This document shows positions 46,041 through 55,676 of a stretch of 64,000 bases of DNA, in pieces. The translations under genes and the position numbers were made by a program. This DNA is from Oculatellaceae cyanobacterium bins.114 (lineage in GTDB: Bacteria > Cyanobacteriota > Cyanobacteriia > Elainellales > Elainellaceae), in assembly GCA_033764315.1 (NCBI GenBank), contig JANRJA010000193.1:32001-96000 (forward strand), in the 5' to 3' direction. Position 1 is the first letter of the stretch. Each line of letters begins with the position of its first letter. Under the pieces are notes generated by a model. It did no database searches and had not been told where the DNA came from. It worked only from the letters and a program-made list of their open reading frames with translations.

Positions 46041-47471
46041 ATGTCTTATTCACAAACGAGAACCCAGGCAAAAGCCGGGTATAAGGCTGGGGTTCAAGAT
46101 TATCGCTTAACGTACTACACGCCAGACTACACGCCAAAAGATACTGATATTTTGGCGGCGTTTCGGGTGACACCTCAGCCCGGTGTTCCTCCCGAAGAAG
46201 CAGCCGCAGCCGTTGCAGCTGAGTCTTCTACAGGTACGTGGACAACCGTATGGACGGATTTGTTGACTGACCTCGATCGCTACAAAGGTCGTTGCTATGA
46301 CATCGAGCCTGTTCGGGGCGAAGACAGTCAGTTCATCGCTTACATTGCTTACCCACTCGATTTGTTTGAAGAAGGCTCTGTCACCAACCTGCTCACTTCT
46401 TTGGTTGGTAACGTATTCGGTTTCAAAGCTCTGAAAGCATTGCGTCTGGAAGACTTGCGGATTCCTGTGGCATACCTCAAGACCTTCCAAGGTCCTCCTC
46501 ACGGAATTCAAGTTGAACGTGACAAAATCAACAAATATGGTCGCCCATTATTAGGTTGCACCATCAAGCCGAAGCTTGGTTTGTCTGCTAAAAACTATGG
46601 TCGTGCCGTGTATGAGTGTCTTCGTGGTGGTCTAGATTTCACCAAAGATGACGAAAACATCAACTCCCAACCATTCCAACGTTGGCGCGATCGCGTCCTG
46701 TGTGTAGCCGATGCGATTCACAAGTCTCAAGCCGAAACGGGTGAAATCAAAGGTCACTACCTCAACGTTACCGCTGCGACTTGCGAAGAGATGCTAAAGC
46801 GGGCTGAGTATGCCAAAGAGCTGAAAATGCCCATCATCATGCATGACTTCTTAACCGCTGGCTTTACTGCCAACACCACATTGGCAAAATGGTGCCGCGA
46901 CAATGGCTTGTTGCTTCACATCCACCGTGCCATGCACGCGGTTATTGACCGTCAAAAGAACCACGGTATTCACTTCCGCGTTTTGGCGAAGTGCTTACGG
47001 ATGTCTGGTGGTGACCACATCCACACCGGAACTGTCGTTGGTAAGTTAGAAGGAGACAAGGCAATCACCCTTGGTTTCATCGACCTGCTCCGCGAAAATT
47101 ATATCGAGCGCGACCCCTCCCGTGGTGTTTACTTCACTCAAGACTGGGCTTCTATGCCGGGTGTGATGGCCGTTGCCTCCGGTGGTATCCACGTATGGCA
47201 CATGCCTGCTCTAGTGGAAATTTTCGGCGATGACTCCGTGCTTCAGTTTGGTGGTGGTACGTTGGGTCACCCCTGGGGTAACGCACCTGGTGCAACTGCA
47301 AACCGCGTTGCATTAGAAGCTTGTGTTCAAGCTCGTAACGAAGGTCGTGACTTGATGCGCGAAGGCGGCGATATCATCCGCGATGCTTGCAAGTGGTCTC
47401 CTGAATTGGCAGCAGCTTGTGAACTGTGGAAGGAAATCAAGTTCGAGTTCGAGGCAGTTGATACCGTCTGA
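46041..47471 (+). CDS. rbcL: Rubisco large subunit, form IB
   Basis: [36 protein letters not shown]. Confidence 0.99.
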   Translation: MSYSQTRTQAKAGYKAGVQDYRLTYYTPDYTPKDTDILAAFRVTPQPGVPPEEAAAAVAAESSTGTWTTVWTDLLTDLDRYKGRCYDIEPVRGEDSQFIAYIAYPLDLFEEGSVTNLLTSLVGNVFGFKALKALRLEDLRIPVAYLKTFQGPPHGIQVERDKINKYGRPLLGCTIKPKLGLSAKNYGRAVYECLRGGLDFTKDDENINSQPFQRWRDRVLCVADAIHKSQAETGEIKGHYLNVTAATCEEMLKRAEYAKELKMPIIMHDFLTAGFTANTTLAKWCRDNGLLLHIHRAMHAVIDRQKNHGIHFRVLAKCLRMSGGDHIHTGTVVGKLEGDKAITLGFIDLLRENYIERDPSRGVYFTQDWASMPGVMAVASGGIHVWHMPALVEIFGDDSVLQFGGGTLGHPWGNAPGATANRVALEACVQARNEGRDLMREGGDIIRDACKWSPELAAACELWKEIKFEFEAVDTV

Positions 47472-47639
47472 TGAGGAGTTATGAATGATGAGTTTTGAGT
47501 TTTGAGTGACGGAAAATTCTAGGTTTTTAAGCTTAAGTGTTTGAAACTTGGCATTCCCAGTTCTTAATTAAAGTCGCGAATTGTGCGTGACCGAACTCGA
47601 CTCAAAATTCAAAGCTCAAAATTCAAAATTTTCCAACTC

Positions 47640-48044
47640 ATGGATCTCAAGCAGATTGCGAAAGATACCTCCAAAACAGTTATCAGTTACCTGACCTATC
47701 AGGCACTGCAAACGGTGCTGGCTCAACTGAGGGAGACGGATCCGCCGTTGGCGTTTTGGCTTCATCAGTTTTCATCAAAGGAAAAAATACAGAATGGCGA
47801 AGCTTATCTTCAAGCTTTGTTTAAGGAACGGCAGGCGATCGCATTTCGGATCTTGACGGTGCGAGAATACCTGGCAACTGAGATCTGTGATTTTCTTCCA
47901 GAGATGGTTCGGACTGGCATTCAACAGGCAAATTTGCAGCAGCGCACTGAGCAGTTAGAGCGCATGACTCAATTGGATATCGTCGTTCCCAGCAATCATC
48001 CTGATCACCCATCTGGTTCAGATGAGCCAGAGGCTAAGAGTTAA
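47640..48044 (+). CDS. rbcX: Rubisco assembly chaperone RbcX
   Basis: MDLKQIAKDT...SYLTYQA...LRETDP...RILTVRE. Start at ATG 47640. Confidence 0.95.
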   Translation: MDLKQIAKDTSKTVISYLTYQALQTVLAQLRETDPPLAFWLHQFSSKEKIQNGEAYLQALFKERQAIAFRILTVREYLATEICDFLPEMVRTGIQQANLQQRTEQLERMTQLDIVVPSNHPDHPSGSDEPEAKS

Positions 48045-48098
48045 CCTTGCGGTGCTAATAGCCCAATTCAATCTAACCCTTCACGTATCTGAGGAATC

Positions 48099-48440
48099 AT
48101 GAAAACTTTACCTAAAGAGCGTCGTTTTGAGACTTTCTCTTACTTGCCTCCGTTGAGCGATGCTCAAATCGCTCGCCAGATTCAATACACGTTGGATCAA
48201 GGTTTTATTCCTGCGGTTGAGTTCAGCGAAAGCTCTGAACCCACTCAATACTACTGGACGATGTGGAAGTTGCCTTTGTTCAACGTCACTACTCCCCAAG
48301 AAGTGTTGAATGAAGTTCAGCAGTGCCGTTCTGACTACTCCAACAACTACATTCGTGTAGTGGCATTTGACAACATCAAGCAATGTCAGGTGATGAGCTT
48401 TATCGTTCACAAACCTAGTTCTGGTGGCTACCGCTACTAA
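48099..48440 (+). CDS. rbcS: Rubisco small subunit
   Basis: [27 protein letters not shown]. Confidence 0.98.
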   Translation: MKTLPKERRFETFSYLPPLSDAQIARQIQYTLDQGFIPAVEFSESSEPTQYYWTMWKLPLFNVTTPQEVLNEVQQCRSDYSNNYIRVVAFDNIKQCQVMSFIVHKPSSGGYRY

Positions 48441-48467
48441 GAGTTGACTTTACTTTCAGCTCAAATG

Positions 48468-48493
48468 AGGAGGTAGGAGACTACCTCCTTTTC
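48468..48493 (+). terminator. Intrinsic terminator after rbcS
   Basis: AGGAGGTAG-GAGA-CTACCTCCT followed by T residues. Confidence 0.8.
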
Positions 48494-48680
48494 TATGATC
48501 TTCTTTAGATCTCTGGCTCTTTTAAAAAAGCCGGGGATCTAATACCGATTCAAACAGATTTTTGGGCACATCGAAGTTCAGGAGAGGCTTGGCAGTACCA
48601 AGCCCGCACAGGGATCTATTGTGCTCTTAATTCAAATTGGTGTGAATTCTTCTTTACAACTAGATAGTTGGCAAATCCGA

Positions 48681-48807
48681 GCATTGGGGGTAGCTTCCCC
48701 CAACCCCCCTCGCTGAGGGACAGCATCCGTCCCTCAGACTCCCTCGATAAGGGATGCTAGACCAGTGGCATGTCGCGCTTCGCATCGGTTCCCAGTTCGG
48801 GTGCTTT
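48681..48807. repeat. Dispersed structured repeat, copy A (copy B at 53537-53628)
   Basis: Shared GCATTGGGGG..CCCCCAA hairpin and a 34-nt block 31/34 identical to copy B. Confidence 0.7.
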
Positions 48808-48883
48808 TTGAGAAGGCAAGAGGCAGATGGCAAAATGATGACCACTAACCACCTACCACTGATGATTGACCAAACTTAAAATT

Positions 48884-48981
48884 CAAAACTCAAAACTCAA
48901 AACTCAAAACTCAAAACTCAAAACTCAAAACTCAAAACTCAAAACTCAAAACTCAAAACTCAAAACTCAAAACTCAAAACT
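48884..48981 (+). repeat. Heptamer tandem repeat (CAAAACT)x14, STRR-like
   Basis: 14 perfect copies counted directly, ending about 80 nt upstream of rca. Confidence 0.95.
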
Positions 48982-49061
48982 TTTAACCTTCCCCTTTTTC
49001 CTTCCCTACAGACGCAATTAATCCCGTCTCTTCCTAATCTCAGCACTCACTCTTTGTTGTT

Positions 49062-50441
49062 ATGGCTTACTACATCTCTCCTAGTTTTTTGGACAAGCTC
49101 TCTGTCCACATCACTAAAAACTATCTCAATATCCCTGGGGTAAAGGTTCCTTTAATCCTGGGTGTTCACGGACGCAAGGGAGAGGGCAAATCTTTTCAGT
49201 GCGAGTTGGTATATCAACGCATGGGCATTGAGGTGGTGCATATGTCAGCCGGGGAGTTAGAAAGCCCCGATGCAGGTGATCCGGCTCGGTTGCTACGGTT
49301 GCGCTATCGCGAGGCCGGGGAATTGGTGAAGGTGCGGGGCAAGATGGCCGTGTTGATGATTAATGACATTGATGCTGGTATTGGGCGAGTGGATCAATAC
49401 ACGCAATACACCGTCAATACGCAGTTGGTCAACGCCACGTTGATGAAAATTGCCGATAACCCAACCAATGTCCAGCTTCCAGGCAGCTATGAGTTGGAGC
49501 CGAACCCACGAATTCCGATTGTTTTGACGGGCAACGATTTCTCAACGCTGTATGCACCGCTGATCCGGGATGGGCGGATGGAGAAGTTTTTCTGGGAACC
49601 CGATCACGCCGATCGCATTGGCATTGTCAGTGGCATTTTTGAGGTAGATGCGATCGCCCGTTCTGATATTGAGACGCTGGTCAATACGTTTGGCGATCAG
49701 TCGATTGACTTTTATAGTGCGCTGCGATCGCGCCTCTATGATGAACAGGTACGAAAATTCATCAACGAGGTTGGATTGGAGAAAATTTCCTTCCGTGTTG
49801 TCAATAGCAGCGAGACTCCACCTGAGTTTCACAAACCGGACTTTAGTCTGGCTCACCTGATTGAGATGGGCAATCGCTTAGTGAGAGAACAGCAGCGTAT
49901 TCAAGAATTGCGACTTGTCGAAGAATATAACCGAGCCTTTCAAAACAGACGTTTAGGGGATGTCGATCGCCCAGTTCAATCAACGCCGCCAACCGCTTCA
50001 GCAGGACAAACTCCCCCAGCGGCCTCTGCCCCCAAAGAGCAGTACTTTACCTATTACGGCGATCGCCATTCAGAAAAGTCAGCCGATCGCAGCAATGGTC
50101 AATCTCAAGCCATCCCCAATCCAACCGTTAGATCCCATCCAAAGCAAACCCAAGCAGAGCATCCGGGCAATGCCTCAGTCAATCAGCAAGCCAGTGCAGA
50201 CGTCAGTCGCTTGATCAATCAGGGTAATCGGTTGGGAATTGAGTATGTTGATAGCCGCCGATTTCGGATCGGTTCGTGGCAGTCCTTTGGCACTTTTCAA
50301 CATCAGCAAGAGGCGATCGCGGCTCTCAATACTTGCTTGTCAGAACATCCCAACGATTACATTCGCCTCGTTGGAATTGACCCCACCAGTCGTCGTCGCA
50401 TTGCAGAAATCATCGTGCAACGACCAGGAGTAAAAGGGTAG
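49062..50441 (+). CDS. rca: Rubisco activase with C-terminal RbcS-like domain
   Basis: HGRKGEGKSFQ, INDIDAG, TGNDFSTLYAPLIRDGRMEKF; C-terminal GIEYVDSRRFR..SWQS...YIRLVGID. Confidence 0.93.
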   Translation: MAYYISPSFLDKLSVHITKNYLNIPGVKVPLILGVHGRKGEGKSFQCELVYQRMGIEVVHMSAGELESPDAGDPARLLRLRYREAGELVKVRGKMAVLMINDIDAGIGRVDQYTQYTVNTQLVNATLMKIADNPTNVQLPGSYELEPNPRIPIVLTGNDFSTLYAPLIRDGRMEKFFWEPDHADRIGIVSGIFEVDAIARSDIETLVNTFGDQSIDFYSALRSRLYDEQVRKFINEVGLEKISFRVVNSSETPPEFHKPDFSLAHLIEMGNRLVREQQRIQELRLVEEYNRAFQNRRLGDVDRPVQSTPPTASAGQTPPAASAPKEQYFTYYGDRHSEKSADRSNGQSQAIPNPTVRSHPKQTQAEHPGNASVNQQASADVSRLINQGNRLGIEYVDSRRFRIGSWQSFGTFQHQQEAIAALNTCLSEHPNDYIRLVGIDPTSRRRIAEIIVQRPGVKG

Positions 50442-50527
50442 TGTGCCGTTGATTGAGTAAGGCAATCCATTCCAGTGATGTCCTTAAGTTGCACCTATCG
50501 AAACGTTATTCGTGAGGCAATAGGGTT

Positions 50528-51538
50528 TTGGTAAAGTTTCAACACGAACTCCTTCAACACCAAATCACCTTTAGTCTTGGTGAATCCCCTGCCTCACAAG
50601 TTCTTAGCCCAAACGGTAAATGGCTTGTCACAGGTAGTCTTAGGGGCGGGATGATTAAAATTTGGGATGTCCAAACTGGACACATGGAGCGTTCTTGGAT
50701 CGCCATACCTCTCAGCCCATACCCTTACATCAACGAAACGTCTCTCGAATATGGAATTACTGCTTTAGCAATCAGCCCTGACGGAAAAACACTCGTAACT
50801 GGTGGTAAAGCGTTAAAAACATGGGAGTTTGAGACTGGGAAACAGATTCGGGTGTTTAAAGGATTCGGTAGCGGAGTGTCTTACATCACCATCAGTGCTA
50901 ACGGAGAAATTTTGCTGACTGATGGTAGTGCAGGTTCCTTAGCAGGGGCAATGAACATCTGGGATTTGCGCAGCGGGAAAAAAATCCGTCGAACTCTATC
51001 GGATGGAGGCTGGGTCATTAGTCCAGATAGTACAGCAATTATTGGTTTTAGGATGGGTGAAAATGAAGAGCCTCCTAACCTTGTTAAAGTTTGGGACTTG
51101 ATCACAGGTGAAAAACTGCGTGTTCTAGAGAATAGCGATGCAATTACACCAACACACTTCACATTTAGCCCAGATGGAAGATTAGTCGCAGGTGCGGGTG
51201 TTGACGGTATCAAGATTTGGAACTTTGAAACAGGTGAACAAGTTCAAAGAATCACCAAACACAAGAACGTTAGATTTCATGAGCATCTGGATCATGTGAT
51301 GAGATGCGTCTTTAGCCCAGATGGAAAGGCTTTGTTAAGCAGTGGAGCTGACGGTTCAATTCAAATCTGGACTATAGAGACAAGTCAAAATATTGGAACT
51401 TTGCGGGCAGAGAACAGGATTGGTTGGTTCGCTACAAGTGATGATGGTCAAGTTATTGTTGGAATAAGTGTAATCGATCAACATAACCGAGTTGTTGATG
51501 ACCGAGTTGTTGAGGTATGGAAAATACCATCTCAGTAA
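50528..51538 (+). CDS. WD40-repeat protein
   Basis: Repeated SPDG/IKIWD units; TTG start uncertain. Confidence 0.8.
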   Translation: MVKFQHELLQHQITFSLGESPASQVLSPNGKWLVTGSLRGGMIKIWDVQTGHMERSWIAIPLSPYPYINETSLEYGITALAISPDGKTLVTGGKALKTWEFETGKQIRVFKGFGSGVSYITISANGEILLTDGSAGSLAGAMNIWDLRSGKKIRRTLSDGGWVISPDSTAIIGFRMGENEEPPNLVKVWDLITGEKLRVLENSDAITPTHFTFSPDGRLVAGAGVDGIKIWNFETGEQVQRITKHKNVRFHEHLDHVMRCVFSPDGKALLSSGADGSIQIWTIETSQNIGTLRAENRIGWFATSDDGQVIVGISVIDQHNRVVDDRVVEVWKIPSQ

Positions 51539-51725
51539 CGTAATTATGCTCCAACGCTGCGTTACAACAGTCTGAAGCAACTCAGCGTTACCATAAATGA
51601 CGACTGACGATTGACAGTTGACACAGCACTATTTCCCTCTTCTTCAACAACCCGATCGCAGGAAGTAATTCAACTCAACCATCCCCCATCATGGTGAGTC
51701 TAAGTGAGAGCATGAGGAGAAGAGG

Positions 51726-52916
51726 GTGAGTCAGGGAAAAGTCAATGTATTGTTATTAGCCGCGTGTCAGGCTCTGGCAATGACGGGCAATATTGTGCTG
51801 TTTACGACAGCGGCAATTGTCGGAAATATTTTAACAGAGGATAAAACTCTGGCAACCCTACCGTTGGCGATTCAGCAAGCCGCAACGATGGTGGCAACCA
51901 TTCCTGCCTCGCTGATGATGAGACAGGTAGGACGACAAGCTGGATTTATGGTGGGAGTCCTGATCGGACTCGTTGGGGTGAGTTTAGGAGCTTACGCCAT
52001 TATCACAGGACAATTTAGCCTGTTTTGTCTAGCCACGCTGCTGTTTGGGGTGTTTAACGGGTTTGCGACGTTTTATCGGTTTGCCGCGGCGGATGTTGCC
52101 CCAGAAGGTTTTCGCAGTCAGGCGATCGCCTTTGTTGTGGCGGGTGGCATTATCGCCGCTCTAGCAGGCCCAAGTCTCGCGACTTGGTCAAAAGATTGGC
52201 TGGGGCAAGAGTTTGCAGGGGGATTTGTGACGATCGCCCTGATCCAAATTATTTCGCTAGCACTGTTAGCCGCTGTAAACATTCCCACTGCCTTAAGTGA
52301 GCAAGAACGCAAAACCGAGGGACGACCTCTGGGAGCGATCGTGCGTCAACCCGTGTTTATCGTAGCGGTGTTGGGTAGCATGGTCGGCTATGGTGTCATG
52401 GCTTTAGTGATGACAGCCACACCTCTGGCAATGGTAGGGTTTTCCCACGATTTTGCGGATGCCGCAACCGTAATTCAATGGCACGTTTTGGGTATGTTTG
52501 TGCCCTCTTTATTTACGGGTTATTTGATTGCCCGATTTGGCGTGCTCAACATCATCCTCAGTGGCATTTTGCTCAACGGCTTCTGCTTTGTCGTCAACCT
52601 CTCCGGCACCCACATGCTGCACTTTGGGGGAGGGTTGCTGTTATTGGGCATTGGTTGGAACTTTATGTATGTGGGGAGCACAACCTTGTTAACCGAAGCA
52701 TACACCCCTGGTGAAAAAGCCAAAACCCAAGCTGTCCATGACTTTTTGATGTTTGCCTTTGTTGCCTTTGCAACCTTTTTGTCAGGAGGCTTGCTCAACC
52801 ATTGGAGTTGGGCAGGGGTCAATTATGTCGGTGCCTTGATGATGCTGATGGTGCTCAGTTCCACGGTGTGGCTGCGGTGGCAGCGATCGCGCTCAGTCGT
52901 CAAGACCCTGGTGTAA
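51726..52916 (+). CDS. MFS transporter
   Basis: About 12 TM segments; YRFAAAD, IQWHVLGMFVPS, GIGWNF. Confidence 0.88.
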   Translation: MSQGKVNVLLLAACQALAMTGNIVLFTTAAIVGNILTEDKTLATLPLAIQQAATMVATIPASLMMRQVGRQAGFMVGVLIGLVGVSLGAYAIITGQFSLFCLATLLFGVFNGFATFYRFAAADVAPEGFRSQAIAFVVAGGIIAALAGPSLATWSKDWLGQEFAGGFVTIALIQIISLALLAAVNIPTALSEQERKTEGRPLGAIVRQPVFIVAVLGSMVGYGVMALVMTATPLAMVGFSHDFADAATVIQWHVLGMFVPSLFTGYLIARFGVLNIILSGILLNGFCFVVNLSGTHMLHFGGGLLLLGIGWNFMYVGSTTLLTEAYTPGEKAKTQAVHDFLMFAFVAFATFLSGGLLNHWSWAGVNYVGALMMLMVLSSTVWLRWQRSRSVVKTLV

Positions 52917-53216
52917 AGGCTCTCGGTCACGCGAAATTGGATTCTCAATCCATTGGCGCAATTGCTCCTCAGTCGGAAATGCCACCTCTTGGTCAGTTAA
53001 TGGGTGATAAGCACACCAGAGCCAATTTCCTCGGCGATCGCGCTCTTGCCAAACCCTCAACTCATGATTGGGCTGGAACCAAAGACTCATCCATTGCCAC
53101 AGTGATTGTAATCTAGAAGTCTGATCGCTAGTGGAACACGGCGTTATCACAGAGGGCATTTCTACTGGAGTTGCACTCCGCGCCAACTGTCTCGTTAGCA
53201 AGGATTCGTTTCTCAT
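52893..53216 (-). CDS. Small Trp-rich hypothetical protein, probable LysR target
   Basis: ATG 53216 preceded by GAGGAGG; ELRVWQERDRRGNWLWCAYHP...F..EEQLRQWIE. Confidence 0.65.
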   Translation of the reverse strand: MRNESLLTRQLARSATPVEMPSVITPCSTSDQTSRLQSLWQWMSLWFQPNHELRVWQERDRRGNWLWCAYHPLTDQEVAFPTEEQLRQWIENPISRDREPLHQGLDD

Positions 53217-53285
53217 ATATACCTCCTCAATCTGCTCCCAATCTAGCGATCGCCTGCAAAGAGAACCAACGACCAATTACATCAC

Positions 53286-53308
53286 TTCCATGTATGCTAT
53301 GCATGGAA
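53286..53308. promoter_or_regulatory. LysR-type T-N11-A recognition dyad
   Basis: TTCCATG-N9-CATGGAA, with T53291-N11-A53303, about 70 nt upstream of the small ORF. Confidence 0.6.
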
Positions 53309-53461
53309 AAAAGAAGAAGGAAAAAAGAAGAAGGAAAAAAGAAGAATAAACTTAACATCTCCTTTTAAGTCTGGGTCTCTTGCCTTGTTCAACACACTTA
53401 ATACTAATTTGAGTTATGAATGCGACACTTCAGATCCCCCTGCATCCGGCATCCCCCTTAA

Positions 53462-53718
53462 TAAGGCTACCGTGTACACAGATCTCTATTTCCTTCCAAA
53501 TTAGGTACAGGGTTGTTGCAAGCGTGTGAAAACTAGGCATTGGGGGAGTCTCCCCCAAACCTCCTAGCAGACGGTGTTTCGGTTCACCCAAAGACGCGCT
53601 TCGCATCGGTTTCAAGTTCGGGTGTTTTGGGTGGGAGCAAGACCCTTGACAAAGGCTCGAAGTCTCCCAAAGCTAGAAGATTTAGGGGCTAAGAGGACTT
53701 GGTGTACACAGTAGCTTA
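53462..53718. mobile_element. Non-autonomous MITE-like element carrying a nested repeat
   Basis: Terminal inverted repeats TAAGGCTACCGTGTACAC and GTGTACACAGTAGCTTA; no transposase. Confidence 0.6.
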
Positions 53719-53923
53719 CTAAGGAGAACTAAGAGGGATTAGTTCAGGGCAATGATCTATCGAAGAGACTGCTTCAAGTGGTGTAACTATTGACCATTGA
53801 CCAATCACTTAATTTTCTTCTCTTCTTTTTTTCTTTTTCTATTCACCTCAACTTATTTTTTTAAACACTACTGACTATTGACCAATAACTTAATTTTTTC
53901 TTCTTTCTTCTCTCTTTTTTCTT

Positions 53924-54817
53924 ATGAACCTCTCCCAGCTTCGAGCCGTGGTTGCAGTTGCCGATTGCCAAAACTTTAGCGAAGCCGCTCTATCGCTCAA
54001 TTTGAACCAGTCTTCAATCAGCTATGCGATCGCGGCTCTAGAAGACGAATTAGGGGTGCCCCTGTTTGTGAGAGGTCGGCACGGAGCCACAGTAACACCC
54101 GCAGGAGAAAAGATCACTCGCTATGCACGAGAAGTCTTGCATTTGATTGAGATGATGCAACGGGAGGCAAACTTGCAAAAAAGCTTGCAAGGGGGGCAGG
54201 TACGGATCGCAGCATTTCGCAGTATTGCCAGTCATATTCTTCCACCTGTCATTGTCCAGTTTCGGCAAGAGTTTCCCGGTGTCGAGTTGCAACTCGTCGA
54301 GGGCAATCATGGCAGCGACATCGCAGCTGCCTTGCGAGAGCACCGAGCCGATATCGGGTTTATAGAACTGCCTACCTATGAAGAGTTTGATACCTGGGAA
54401 TTCATGCGCGATGAATATGTGGTGTTGTTGCCTCCGGGTGTTGCCCCCCGGTGTGATCTATTAACCTGGGATGAACTCGCTGCCTTGCCGCTGATTTTGC
54501 CACCTGCTCAATATGCCTGTGACCTTGCGCTACACAAACATTTAGAAGCCGTTGCCCCTCCATTAAATGTGGCTCACATCATCAATCAAGACTCGACCAT
54601 GGTAAATATGGTGCGACAGGGGTTAGCAGCGGCGATCTTGCCTCGACTTGCAGCAGAACCAATTCCAGAGAGCATTCAAGTCTGTCCATTGCCTGTTCCG
54701 TTTGAGCGAGTGATCGGAGTTGCCACGCTCTCCAATACACTGCATGTTCCGGCTGTGTTTGCCTTTCTCAAACTGTTAAACCTTAAACCGATTCAAGCCC
54801 TCAAAACTGAAGAGTAA
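53924..54817 (+). CDS. LysR-family transcriptional regulator
   Basis: NFSEAA..L...QSSISYAI..LEDELG..LFVR...TPAG HTH, followed by a substrate-binding domain. Confidence 0.95.
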   Translation: MNLSQLRAVVAVADCQNFSEAALSLNLNQSSISYAIAALEDELGVPLFVRGRHGATVTPAGEKITRYAREVLHLIEMMQREANLQKSLQGGQVRIAAFRSIASHILPPVIVQFRQEFPGVELQLVEGNHGSDIAAALREHRADIGFIELPTYEEFDTWEFMRDEYVVLLPPGVAPRCDLLTWDELAALPLILPPAQYACDLALHKHLEAVAPPLNVAHIINQDSTMVNMVRQGLAAAILPRLAAEPIPESIQVCPLPVPFERVIGVATLSNTLHVPAVFAFLKLLNLKPIQALKTEE

Positions 54818-54842
54818 CTGTATGGCATTTTTGACTGGGGTT

Positions 54843-55676
54843 TTATGAGATGCCTTCTTTAATTAACCAGAGGATGGCTCCCATCACAACCAAGAATAAA
54901 AGTCCCACTAACCCTGACAACGGTTTGCCACTTGACCCAGTTAACCAACTCCTGTCTGGATTGGGATAGGTGAGTCGTTGAGTTGAGTCGAGGGTGGCGA
55001 TCGCCCAGATCCATCCAGCATGTAGCCCACATGCTAATCCTAAATGGCCGTGGTCTGCCCAACGCGCCAGTACTAGCACCATACCCAACAACCACAAGCC
55101 TGGTAATTGGGGTACTTGTTCCACCCCTTCCCAGACCAAATGCAACACGGCAAAAATGACACTGGCGATCGCCGCGGCTATCCAAAGAGAATAATCGTGT
55201 TGTAGTTGGTTGAGCAGAAATCCCCGAAAAATTAACTCTTCGGTGACGCTGATCCAGCTACCCAATGCCAGGGTTGAGAAGATGCTGAGAGATGAGACAT
55301 TAGCCCCAGAAATAGAGTCCCACTGCACCCACCCCAACCCCCATTGCACCGCAAACAAGCCCCCCAGACTAATCACTCCCGCCCCAAGCCCAACACTAAA
55401 GGATGCCAAAACAGAGGCTTGCCACGGCAACCCATAAGCAGCAAAAGACTCGTTTTGCACCGTAGCCACACCCCACAACACCAGCGGAGCGAGCACATAG
55501 AGTGAGGCCAACAGCGGAATTTTTTGAGCAGGGGCAATCGGGTGGGGAGGTTGCCATTTAAGAGCGATCGCCAGAGGAATGGCAATCGGCAACCAGAGCA
55601 CCAACCAGATGCCAAAAAAAAGAGCGATCGCGAGTAAGGCAGGGGTTTCAGTAAATGCGGCTTTAAGCAGGGACAT
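54843..55676 (-). CDS. CPBP (CAAX protease/Abi) intramembrane metalloprotease
   Basis: TEELIFRG, FAVLH, GLHAGW motifs. Start uncertain; ATG 55676 chosen. Confidence 0.85.
   Translation of the reverse strand: MSLLKAAFTETPALLAIALFFGIWLVLWLPIAIPLAIALKWQPPHPIAPAQKIPLLASLYVLAPLVLWGVATVQNESFAAYGLPWQASVLASFSVGLGAGVISLGGLFAVQWGLGWVQWDSISGANVSSLSIFSTLALGSWISVTEELIFRGFLLNQLQHDYSLWIAAAIASVIFAVLHLVWEGVEQVPQLPGLWLLGMVLVLARWADHGHLGLACGLHAGWIWAIATLDSTQRLTYPNPDRSWLTGSSGKPLSGLVGLLFLVVMGAILWLIKEGIS

Noticed and set aside
48884-48981. Heptamer array as CRISPR or coding repeat
   Set aside because: No spacers and no credible ORF; a simple tandem repeat.
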